A stretch of DNA of 64,000 nucleotides from an uncultured Actinomycetes bacterium (GTDB lineage: Bacteria > Actinomycetota > Thermoleophilia > Gaiellales > Gaiellaceae): contig CAVROA010000004.1 of NCBI GenBank assembly GCA_963722715.1, positions 15,951-79,950 of the forward strand, read 5' to 3'. Positions 52,934 to 61,215 of this stretch are shown piece by piece. Position 1 is the first letter of the stretch. Every line of letters begins with the position of its first letter. The notes below the pieces were generated by a model. That model saw nothing but the letters and a program-made list of their open reading frames with translations. It searched no databases and was not told the origin of the DNA. A program made the translations under genes and the position numbers.

Positions 52934-53857
52934 GTGTCGCTGATGTCGGACGCAACGCTCCTCGAAGGTTTTCGCCCGCTCTTTGCAGAGTTCCGGGGCG
53001 CCCGCCTGCGGTACTTCGCGGCCGGGAACGGGCGACCGGTAGTTCTGGTCCACGGCCTCGGCGGCGCAGCCACGAACTGGACGCGCCTGGCGCCGCTCCT
53101 GGCGCGCACGAGGCGAGTCCTCGTCCCCGACCTCCCGGGTCACGGCCGCTCCGGCTCGATCGGCCGGCACGCGGACCTCGGCGCCTACGCGGACGGCATC
53201 GTCGCGATCATGGAGCAGGAGGCAACCCCTCGCGCCGCTCTCGTCGGCCACTCGATGGGCGGCGTCGTCGCGCTCCGGCTGGCCGTCGCCCACCCAGCCC
53301 GGGTCTCTGCGCTGGCCCTCGTGGAGTCGGCAGGCATCTCGTCAGCCTCCCGCCGAGCGGAGGCGTTCCTCGCGCTCACGGGACTCCTGAAGCCCGCGCG
53401 CCACGCGGCGCGGCTGCGACACGTCATCGCGCCCCGGTCGTCACTCCGGGCGCTCACGTTCGGCTACTGGGGCGCGGGTCTGCCGCGCGACCTGACCGCG
53501 GAGGCCGTCCTTGGCTTCCTTCAGGGCGGGCACGACGCGACGGACGTGGCACCGGCCTCGGCGGCTCTCGTCCGCGACGATCCGCGTCTCGATCTCGACC
53601 GCGTCACCTGCCCGGCAATCGTCCTCTGGGGCTCGCGAGACCGGATGGTGCCGCTCGAGGACGGCTTCGAATACGCGCGCCGGCTCAGGGCGCCGATCCG
53701 GGTGGTCGCCGGGGCGGGCCATCTGGTGATCGGGGAGCGCCCGGAGGAGTGCGCCGCGATCCTGGAAGAGTTCTTAGACCGGGTTGGGGAGGTCGATGAA
53801 CTCCCACTCGAGCGAGAACTCCTGGGCGATCCGCTCGGCCAGGGCCCGAACGCCTAG
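52934..53857 (+). CDS. Alpha/beta-fold hydrolase
   Basis: VVLVHGLGGAATNW, nucleophile elbow GHSMGG, C-terminal AGHLVIGERPEE. The 3' end overlaps the convergent Nif3 gene by 84 nt. Confidence 0.85.
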   Translation: MSLMSDATLLEGFRPLFAEFRGARLRYFAAGNGRPVVLVHGLGGAATNWTRLAPLLARTRRVLVPDLPGHGRSGSIGRHADLGAYADGIVAIMEQEATPRAALVGHSMGGVVALRLAVAHPARVSALALVESAGISSASRRAEAFLALTGLLKPARHAARLRHVIAPRSSLRALTFGYWGAGLPRDLTAEAVLGFLQGGHDATDVAPASAALVRDDPRLDLDRVTCPAIVLWGSRDRMVPLEDGFEYARRLRAPIRVVAGAGHLVIGERPEECAAILEEFLDRVGEVDELPLERELLGDPLGQGPNA

Positions 53858-54442
53858 CGTCTCTGTCGCGTAGTGGCCCGCTGCGACGAAGTGGACCCCG
53901 GCCTCCTTGGCCGCATGCTTCGTCGGCTCGGCAGCCTCGCCCGTGACAAAGCAGTCGTAGCCCGCGGCGACGGCGTCGGCCAGATGCCGTGCGGCGCCGC
54001 CCGAGCAGATCGCGACGCGCTGGATCGTCTCGGGGCCGTAGGAGAAGACCAGCGGTGGCCGGTCCAACCGCTCGCGCACCCGGGTCGCGAACTCGTCCAT
54101 CGGCTGCGGGCGGTCCAGAGGGCCTCCGAATCCGATCTCGGCGAAGCGCTCCAGCGGGTCCACTCCGAGCTCCTGGGCGAGCAGCACGTTGTTTCCCAGC
54201 TCGGGGTGCGCATCGAGCGCCAGGTGGTAGGCCGCGAGGGTCAGATCGGCGTCGAAGAGCGCACGCAGCCGGCCTTTCAGCTCGGGGCCGATCACCCGCG
54301 AGTCACGATCCCAGAAGAGCCCGTGATGGACGAGGACGAGCTGGGCGCCCAGCTCCGCGGCCCGCTCGAACAGCTCCCGGGAAGCGGAGACCGCGCAGGC
54401 GATCTTCCGCACCTCGGATGCACCGACGACCTGGAGGCCCAT
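53774..54442 (-). CDS. Nif3-family dinuclear-metal-centre protein (first canonical start would truncate the conserved N-terminus)
   Basis: GLQVVG...VLVHHGLFW...AYHLALDAH...VAAGHYATE. The frame is open 28 codons further upstream (AIAGRDEILGFAAELLELDAYPDYGP) but contains no ATG/GTG/TTG. Confidence 0.75.
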   Translation of the reverse strand: MGLQVVGASEVRKIACAVSASRELFERAAELGAQLVLVHHGLFWDRDSRVIGPELKGRLRALFDADLTLAAYHLALDAHPELGNNVLLAQELGVDPLERFAEIGFGGPLDRPQPMDEFATRVRERLDRPPLVFSYGPETIQRVAICSGGAARHLADAVAAGYDCFVTGEAAEPTKHAAKEAGVHFVAAGHYATETLGVRALAERIAQEFSLEWEFIDLPNPV

Positions 54443-54538
54443 GGGGCCGTAGTCCGGATAGGCGTCGAGCTCGAGGAGCTCGGCGGCGAATCCCAGGATC
54501 TCGTCCCTGCCTGCGATTGCGGTACCCTAGTGCCCGTT

Positions 54539-54612
54539 CGGGGTGTAGCGCAGCCTGGTAGCGCGCGCCGTTCGGGTCGGCGAGGTCCCCGGTTCGAATC
54601 CGGGCACCCCGA
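54539..54612 (+). tRNA. tRNA-Pro (anticodon CGG)
   Basis: Hand-folded 74-nt cloverleaf: acceptor CGGGGTG/CACCCCG, D arm GCGC-AGCCTGGTA-GCGC, anticodon arm CGCCG-TTCGGGT-CGGCG, T arm CCCGG-TTCGAAT-CCGGG, discriminator A. Confidence 0.88.
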
Positions 54613-54662
54613 TATCACCTGACCGCGTCCGCCGCCCCGGACGGCGGTACGCTCAGGCCGAG

Positions 54663-55556
54663 GTGACGCTTGCGAGCCTTCTTCCGCTGGCGCACGCAGA
54701 CGCCGTGCCCATCTCCGAGCTCGACTCGGCCTGGTCGGCGCCCCCTGCCGTGCTTGCGGGAGCGGCGGTTGCGCTCGTCCTCTTCGGCCAGGCTTTCATC
54801 CGGCTTCGACGCCGCGGCAGGAAGGATCACGCCGGCTGGGACCGCGCTGCTCTCTTCGTGGCGGGAGTCGCCGTTGCGACGCTCGCTCTCGTGTCCCCCC
54901 TGGACGCGGCCGGCGAGGAATTCCTCCTCTCGGCGCACATGCTCGAGCACGTCCTGATCGGGGACCTGGCTCCGGCACTCCTCCTGGTTGCGATCCGGGG
55001 CCCACTGACGTTCTTCCTGCTACCCGCATGGTTGCTCCGGCCCCTGGCCAGAATTGCGCCCCTACGCGCCTTCCTGGGGTATCTGCTTCGCCCCCGGGTG
55101 GCGCTGGCTTTCTGGGCGCTCGTCTTCGCCTTCTGGCACATCCCGGCAGCCTTTGACCTCACCCTCGAGAACCGGCTCGTCCACGATCTCGAGCACGTCA
55201 CGTTCGTGCTCGCCGGCATCCTCATCTGGTCGCAGCTCGTCGATCCCGCACGGCGGCGCGAGCTGACGATCGGCGGGCGCCTGGCCCTGGCGGCCGTCGT
55301 CTTCGCGGCCGGGCAGATTCTCGCCTACGTCCTGATCCTCTCCTTCTCGCCGCTCTACGGGCCCTACGCCGCCCAAGACGAGCGGCTCTTCGGTCTCTCA
55401 CCCCTGACGGACCAGCGGCTCGCAGGGCTCGTGATGATGTCCGAGCAGCTCTTGACGCTCGGGCTCTGCGCCCTCTTCCTCGTCAGGGCCTACGGCAGGG
55501 AGCGGGCGACAGCACGGGGCGAGCGGGAGGCGCTTTCGCTGGCGCCCCGTCCGTGA
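54663..55556 (+). CDS. Cytochrome c oxidase assembly factor CtaG-like membrane protein (Caa3_CtaG family), copy 1
   Basis: 297 aa, polytopic. SAHMLEHVLIGDLAPALLLV and WHIPAAFD...HDLEHVTFVLAGILIW fit the family pattern. Confidence 0.7.
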   Translation: MTLASLLPLAHADAVPISELDSAWSAPPAVLAGAAVALVLFGQAFIRLRRRGRKDHAGWDRAALFVAGVAVATLALVSPLDAAGEEFLLSAHMLEHVLIGDLAPALLLVAIRGPLTFFLLPAWLLRPLARIAPLRAFLGYLLRPRVALAFWALVFAFWHIPAAFDLTLENRLVHDLEHVTFVLAGILIWSQLVDPARRRELTIGGRLALAAVVFAAGQILAYVLILSFSPLYGPYAAQDERLFGLSPLTDQRLAGLVMMSEQLLTLGLCALFLVRAYGRERATARGEREALSLAPRP

Positions 55557-56311
55557 CCCCGGCCGCATCCTCGTGGAGCTTCGAGCCGCTCTTCCTGGCG
55601 CTTGCAGCAGCGGCGGGGATCGTCTACTTCCGGGCGACCCGGCGCGAGCCTGTGCCCGCATGGCGGATCGCGCTCTTTGCCGCCGGGCTGATCCTTGTCG
55701 CAGGAGCGCTCAACTCGCCGCTCGAGACCGTGGCGGCGCATTACCTGCTCCTCGTCCACCTGCTCCAGAACGTGATGATCGCCGACTGGGCGCCGCCGCT
55801 CCTCATTCTCGGGCTGACTCCCAGGATGCGCGCTGCGCTCGCCGCCCGCGGCGGGAAGCCCTGGGCGCTCCTGACCCGGCCTCGCGTGGCGCTGCCCACG
55901 TGGCTGGTCGGCTGGTACGCGATCCACGTCGCCGGCTTCTACGACTTCGCCCTGGAGAACCCGTGGGCGCTGAACGTCGAGCACGCCCTCCTGATCGCCA
56001 TCGGAACGCTTTTCTGGTGGCCAGTGTTGGCGGGCGAGCCGCACGAGCTCTCGACCCCGCTGACCCTGGCCTACCTGGCCGCAGGCTTCGTCGGCTCGGC
56101 GTTCCTCGGCCTCGCCCTGACGTTCTCTCCCGGGGTGTTCTACGACTTCTACGCCGACGCCCCCCGGCTCTGGGGCATCTCCGCCATCAAGGACCAGAAC
56201 CTGGGCGGGATCCTCATGAGCGCCGAGCAGGCGCTCATCTTCTTCACCGCGATCACGTACTTCCTCGTCCGCCTCCTGAAGGAAGAGGAGGCAGCGCACC
56301 CCACCCGTTAG
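55553..56311 (+). CDS. CtaG-like membrane protein (Caa3_CtaG family), copy 2
   Basis: GTGA overlap with copy 1. VHLLQNVMIADWAPPLLILG, NVEHALLIAIGTLFWWPVL, ISAIKDQNLGGILMS. Confidence 0.7.
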   Translation: MTPAASSWSFEPLFLALAAAAGIVYFRATRREPVPAWRIALFAAGLILVAGALNSPLETVAAHYLLLVHLLQNVMIADWAPPLLILGLTPRMRAALAARGGKPWALLTRPRVALPTWLVGWYAIHVAGFYDFALENPWALNVEHALLIAIGTLFWWPVLAGEPHELSTPLTLAYLAAGFVGSAFLGLALTFSPGVFYDFYADAPRLWGISAIKDQNLGGILMSAEQALIFFTAITYFLVRLLKEEEAAHPTR

Positions 56312-56710
56312 GCCAGCTCGCGAGCGTGCACGATCTTCGTGCACTCGTCCTCGACGTACTCGAGGCCGGCCCCTTCGGCGATTCGGCGCGCTTCGGACGA
56401 GACGATCCCCAGCTGGAGCCACAGGCTCCGCGCGCCGGCGGCGGCCGCCTCGCGCGCTACGTCGGGACAGGCCTCCGGTCGCCGGAAGACGTCCACGAGG
56501 TCGATCGGCTCCTCGATCTCCGCAAGCGAGCGCACGCAGGGGATACCCAGGACCTCGTCGCAGTCCTCGAGGCCGGACCGGGATGCATCTGTAGCCCTGC
56601 TCCAGGAGGTAGCGCATGACGCCGTGACTCGGGCGGTCGGGCTTCGGCGACGCGCCGACGACGGCGATCGTGCGCGCCTCCGCGAGGATCTCGGCAGGCG
56701 TTCGCGACAC
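56308..56710 (-). pseudogene. CoA-binding domain protein (CoA_binding_2, YccU-like), frame-disrupted near 56571..56580
   Basis: The N-part MSRTPAEILAEARTIAVVGASPKPDRPSHGVMRYLLEQGYRCIPV is in ORF 55490..56710. The remainder GLEDCDEVLGIPCVRSLAEIEEPIDLVDVFRRPE...WLQLGI...KIVHARELA is in ORF 56308..56967. Confidence 0.7.
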
Positions 56711-56733
56711 GGGCGCAGGCTATCCTTCCGCGC

Positions 56734-57571
56734 ATGGCCGACCGCCTCCGCGTCGCCGCGATCCAGCTGAACTCCGGGACGGAGAAGGCCGACAACATCG
56801 AGAAAGCCGAGCGCCTGGTTGCCCGGGCGGCCTCGACCGGAGCCGACCTGGTGCTCCTGCCCGAGAAGTGGAACGCGATCGGCTCGGCCGACACCCTCCG
56901 CCGAGCCGCCGAGCCGCTCGAGGACGGCGAGACAGTCGAGGCCATGCGCGAGTGGGCCCGGACGCACGGGATCACGATTGTCGGCGGCTCGATCACCGAG
57001 CAGCGCGAGGGACGAGAGAAGCTCTCGAACACGAGCGTGGTCATCGACCCATCCGGCGACGTCGTCGTCGGCCTACCGCAAGATCCACATGTTCGACGTC
57101 GAGGTGGGCGGCCAGGTCTATCGCGAGTCGGAGGCCGAGGAGCCGGGGGAGGAAACGAACCTGTGCGACGCCGAGGGCTGGCGAGTCGGCCTGACGGTCT
57201 GCTACGACCTGCGCTTTCCCGAGCTCTACCGCATCCTCGCGCTTCAGGGAGCCGAGTTGGTGACCGTCCCGGCTGCGTTCACGCTCTACACGGGCAAGGA
57301 CCACTGGGAGCTCCTGCTCCGGGCACGGGCCGTCGAGAACCAGTGCTACGTCCTGGCCGCCAACGAGTGGGGCGTCCACGAGGGTGGGAAGCAGTCATAC
57401 GGCCGCTCGTCGATCGTGGATCCGTGGGGCGTCGTCCTGGCGCAGGCCCCGGACGAAGACTGCGTTATCGCGGCTGAGATCGACAAGGCTCGTCTCGAGC
57501 AGGTCCGGCACGACCTTCCGTCGCTCGCGAACCGCCAGCCGGCGGCCTACCGCTGGCCGGCCGGCGTCTAG
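56734..57571 (+). pseudogene. Carbon-nitrogen hydrolase (nitrilase superfamily), frame-disrupted near 57061..57072
   Basis: RVAAIQLNS...LVLLPEKW...NTSVVIDPSGDVV is in ORF 56734..57477. YRKIHMFDV...GLTVCYDLRFPE...ENQCYVLAAN is in ORF 56819..57571. The Glu/Lys/Cys triad contexts are all present. Confidence 0.75.
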
Positions 57572-58252
57572 TGGCTCGCCCGCTTCGGGCCGTCCTTTTC
57601 GACGTCGACTTCACCCTCACGAAGCCCGGCCCCCAGCTCGGCCCGGAGGGCTACCGGCTGGCCGGGGAGCGCTACGGGCTCACGCTCGACCCCGCCAAGT
57701 ACGGCGAGGCGCGAGAGGCTGCCGTCCTGGACCTCCAGCACCATCCGGAGCTCGACCATGACGAGGAGATCTGGGTGCGCTTCACCGAGGACATCGTGCG
57801 GGGCATGGGAGGCGAGGGCGACCAGATCCGAACGATCGCCGAGGAGATCACCCAGGGCTGGGAGCACTCGGAGAACTTCGAGCTGTACGAGGACACGCTG
57901 CCGGCCCTGGCGCAGCTTCGGAAGCACGGCCTCAGGATCGGACTCGTCTCGAACACGGGGCGAGACCTGGATCACTTCATCCGCCACTTCGCGCTCGACG
58001 TCGACGCCTGGATCTCGTCGGGGACGCACGGCAAGGTGAAGCCGAGCCCGACGATCTTTCGCGTCGTGCTCGAGATGCTCGAGGTCGAGGCGGCGGAGGC
58101 GGTGATGGTCGGCGACTCGATCGCAGACGACGTCGAGGGCGCCGAGGCCCTCGGGATGCGCGCTTTCCTGGTCGACCGCGACGGGCGCTACGCCGATCGG
58201 GACGACACTCTCGCCGACCCTGCTCGACCTCCCGGCCGCTCTCGGTCTGTGA
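57571..58252 (+). CDS. HAD-superfamily hydrolase module, fused in frame to the downstream MFS as sequenced (single ORF 57571..59538)
   Basis: VLFDVDFTLTKPG, GLVSNTGRD, KVKPSPTIF, MVGDSIADDVEGAEALGM. A +1 frame from about 58218 reads LLDLPAALGL-stop, with TGA at 58250..58252. Confidence 0.75.
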
Positions 58253-59538
58253 CCTCAACCGCGCCCGAGCGCGACGAGGCGCTCTCCCCGGAGGCGCCCG
58301 CTCCCTCTCCGGGCCGGTTGATCTGGATCCTCGGGCTGGGCGCGTTCGGGCTCGCCTACTCGATCACAACCGTCGCCGCGTACCTGCCGCCCGTGCTCGC
58401 GAAGTTCACGGACTCGAGCACGTTGATCGGGCTCGTCCTGGCCGCCGAGGGCGCCTTCGCCTTCTTCATCCCGTTCCTCGTCGGCCCGATGAGCGACTCC
58501 ACCCAGACGCCGCTCGGCCGGCGACGGCCGTACATGCTCCTCGCGCTCGGACCGATGGCGGTGACGCTCGCCCTGGTCGCGTTCATGCCCAACCTCCTCC
58601 TGACCGCACTGGCACTCTTCGGCTTCTTCTTCGCCTACTACGTCTATGAACCGCCCTACCGGGGCCTCTATCCAGATGTCCTGCCACCGGAAGTGTTCGG
58701 CCGCTCACAGGGAGTCCAGCACCTCTTCCGCGGCCTGGCGCTCGGCTGCGGCCTGGTTGGCGGCGGCTTCCTGCTCTCCGTGTGGGAGCCGTTCCCGTTC
58801 GTCCTCGCGTCCGTCGTGACCGCTCTCGCCTGCGGCTCGGTGATCCTGCTCGTCAGGGAGCACGAGCGCCGGCCACAGATCGTGCCGCGGCTCGGCGTTC
58901 TTCTAGGCACCCCGCTTCGGATCGTCCGCCGCGAGCGAGACGTCCGGCGGTTCCTGATCGCCAACGCGGCCTGGGAGGCGGCGTTCGCGGGCATGCGCAC
59001 GTTCGTCGTGCTCTACGTGATCAGGGGGCTCGACCAGCCCCTGTACGTCTCGTCGGTCGTCCTCGCCTGCGTGGCAGGCGGCTACGTGGTTGCGGCCGCC
59101 GCGGCGAGCCGCTTCGGAGACCGCTTCGGGCTCGGCGCCGTCATCCTGGTTGCGTCCGTCGTCTACGGGGTCGGGCTTCTCGGCGCCGGGCTCGCCACGA
59201 GCTGGCACTGGTGGTACACGGCGGTCATCTTCTTGGTTGCCGTGGCGGCCGGGACGGTGATGACGCTCTCCTGGGGATTGCTCTTCAAGCTGATGCCCGA
59301 GTCGGATCGTGGCGCGATCTCCGGCCTCGCGCTGACGACGAAGGGCCTCGGGCTTCTGGTCGGGCCGCTGGTGGTCGGCGCCGCCATCGATCTCTCCAGC
59401 CCCTACCTGGAGTCGACGGAGGGCTATGGCATCGTCTGGCCCGTCGTCGCGATCCCGATTCTGCTCGCGATCCCCCTCGTCGCCCGGCTCGCCGAGGCCG
59501 AGCGGGCTACAGACAGGGCGAAAGCCGCGGCCGCATGA
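58249..59538 (+). CDS. MFS-type transporter
   Basis: GTG 58249 within GTGA. About 12 hydrophobic segments. MSDSTQTPLGRRRPYML loop typical of the MFS TM2-3 region. Confidence 0.75.
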   Translation: MTSTAPERDEALSPEAPAPSPGRLIWILGLGAFGLAYSITTVAAYLPPVLAKFTDSSTLIGLVLAAEGAFAFFIPFLVGPMSDSTQTPLGRRRPYMLLALGPMAVTLALVAFMPNLLLTALALFGFFFAYYVYEPPYRGLYPDVLPPEVFGRSQGVQHLFRGLALGCGLVGGGFLLSVWEPFPFVLASVVTALACGSVILLVREHERRPQIVPRLGVLLGTPLRIVRRERDVRRFLIANAAWEAAFAGMRTFVVLYVIRGLDQPLYVSSVVLACVAGGYVVAAAAASRFGDRFGLGAVILVASVVYGVGLLGAGLATSWHWWYTAVIFLVAVAAGTVMTLSWGLLFKLMPESDRGAISGLALTTKGLGLLVGPLVVGAAIDLSSPYLESTEGYGIVWPVVAIPILLAIPLVARLAEAERATDRAKAAAA

Positions 59539-60013
59539 GTCCGAAGCCCCAGAGCCGTCCCCGGTAGACGTAGAAGACGCTCGTCGTTCGAACCGTTTCC
59601 GCCCGGAGGAACGCGGTGTAGCGGGTGCACGACCGCGACCTGAGACCGGGGTAGGCCTTCGCCAGCGCTCCGCTCGTCGCGCCGAGCTCGAGCCCCTCGT
59701 CCGTCCGCCATCCGCGCGGGCGCCAGACCGTAAAGGCGCGGACGACCCGGCCGCGGCGGAAGACGACCGCTGCGCCCTGCGGCTCGAACGGCTTCAGGTT
59801 GAAATACCACGTGACCTGCCGGCAGTCGCGGCAGACCCCGTGGCGGCTTCCCCACACATCGAGGACCTCGGTCTTCGTATTGCCGAGCCTGACGCCGCCC
59901 AGGCTCGCTCCGGGAACGAAGACCCCATGCGTCGGCAGAGAGCCCGCCAGGGTGGCCGGGAAGGTGAGCGCCGCGGTGCAGACCGCTAGCGCGCCGAGAG
60001 TGCGGGGGCCCAT
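59507..60013 (-). CDS. Hypothetical secreted protein
   Basis: ATG 60013 gives MGPRTLGALAVCTAALTFPATLAG. 168 aa. The start overlaps the acyl-CoA dehydrogenase 3' end by 28 nt. No family recognised. Confidence 0.45.
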   Translation of the reverse strand: MGPRTLGALAVCTAALTFPATLAGSLPTHGVFVPGASLGGVRLGNTKTEVLDVWGSRHGVCRDCRQVTWYFNLKPFEPQGAAVVFRRGRVVRAFTVWRPRGWRTDEGLELGATSGALAKAYPGLRSRSCTRYTAFLRAETVRTTSVFYVYRGRLWGFGLMRPRLSPCL

Positions 60014-61197
60014 GAGGCGAGCGGCGAGACGTCCCCGTCGCGCCCGTTCAGGTTCCGATAGCCGAGCGCATGCTCGGCCTGCATCATCTTGTGGATCTGC
60101 GTGGTGCCCTCGTAGATGATCGGGGCGCGGGCGTTGCGGAAGTAGCGCTCGATGCCGTACTCGGCGGAGTAGCCGTAGGCCCCGTGAACCTGGATCGCGA
60201 GGTGTGCGGCCTTGAAAGCCGACTCGGTCGCGTGCCATTTCGCCAGGCTGGTCTCGCGCGTGTTCCTGACGCCCTGGTTCTTGAGCCAGGCCGCCTGCAT
60301 GACCAGGAGCTTCGACGTCTCGTAGCCGAGCACCATGTCGGCGATCATGTCCTGGACGAACTGGTATTTGCCGATCGGCTTGCCGAAGGTCTCGCGCTCG
60401 CGGGCGTACTCGACCGACCGTTCGAGGCAGGCCCTGATCACGCCGCACGCGCCGGCCGCGACCGTGAAGCGGCCCTGGTCGAGCCCGTGCATGGCGATCT
60501 CGAAGCCCTGGCCCTCCTCGCCGACGAGATTCTCGGCCGGCACCTCGACGTTCTCGAAGAAGAGCTCGCCCGTGGAGCCGGCCCAGATCCCCAGCTTGTT
60601 CTCGGTCTCCCGCGTCGTGACCCCGGGCCACTCACGTTCGACGATGAACGCGGAGATGCCCTTGTGCTTTGCCTCGACGTCCGTCTTTGCGAAGACGAGC
60701 TGGTGATCCGCGACGGTCGCGTACGAGATCCAGTTCTTCTGGCCGTTCAGAACGTATCCGTCGCCCTCGCGGCGGGCGGTCGTTCGCATCGCTGCCACGT
60801 CCGAGCCTGCCTCCGGCTCGGTCAGGCCGAAGCAGGCGAGCTTCTCGCCCCGCGCCTGGGGAGCCAGGTAGCGCTCCTTCTGCTCCTCGCTCGCGTACTT
60901 GAGGAGCGAGAGGGAATTGAGCCCGACGTGGACGGAGATGAGGGTCCTGAAGGCCGCCTCGCCGCGCTCGATCTCCTCGCAGGCGAGCGCCTCGCAGACG
61001 TAGTCCATCCCGGCTCCGCCGTGCTCCTCCGGGATGACGATTCCGAGGAGCCCGAGCTCGGCCATTCCCGCGATCGCCTCCATGTCGAGGCGATGCTCGA
61101 TGTCGTTCTCGACCGCGTTCGGCAGGATCTGCTCGTCGACGAAGCGCCTGACGGTTGCCTGCACCTCGCGCTGCTCCGGCGTCAGGTCGAAATCCAC
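59986..61197 (-). CDS. Acyl-CoA dehydrogenase
   Basis: 403 aa. CFGLTEPEAGSD, NGQKNWISYA, IYEGTTQIH. Confidence 0.92.
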   Translation of the reverse strand: MDFDLTPEQREVQATVRRFVDEQILPNAVENDIEHRLDMEAIAGMAELGLLGIVIPEEHGGAGMDYVCEALACEEIERGEAAFRTLISVHVGLNSLSLLKYASEEQKERYLAPQARGEKLACFGLTEPEAGSDVAAMRTTARREGDGYVLNGQKNWISYATVADHQLVFAKTDVEAKHKGISAFIVEREWPGVTTRETENKLGIWAGSTGELFFENVEVPAENLVGEEGQGFEIAMHGLDQGRFTVAAGACGVIRACLERSVEYARERETFGKPIGKYQFVQDMIADMVLGYETSKLLVMQAAWLKNQGVRNTRETSLAKWHATESAFKAAHLAIQVHGAYGYSAEYGIERYFRNARAPIIYEGTTQIHKMMQAEHALGYRNLNGRDGDVSPLASWAPALSAR

Positions 61198-61215
61198 GGG
61201 GTTAGTGTACGGAGG

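Noticed and set aside
53774-53857. The 84-nt convergent overlap of the alpha/beta hydrolase and Nif3 3' ends as a ninth frameshift. A TAG at 53775 in the +1 frame would give a neat shared-stop junction.
   Set aside because: I saw no conserved C-terminal motif in an alternate frame to support it. Read-through opposite a GC-rich coding strand is plausible by chance.
54443-54662. tRNA-Pro as an integration site for a genomic island covering the frame-broken genes at 54.6-62 kb.
   Set aside because: I found no integrase, transposase or phage gene. No repeat of the tRNA 3' end was spotted downstream, and base composition looks the same as the rest of the window.
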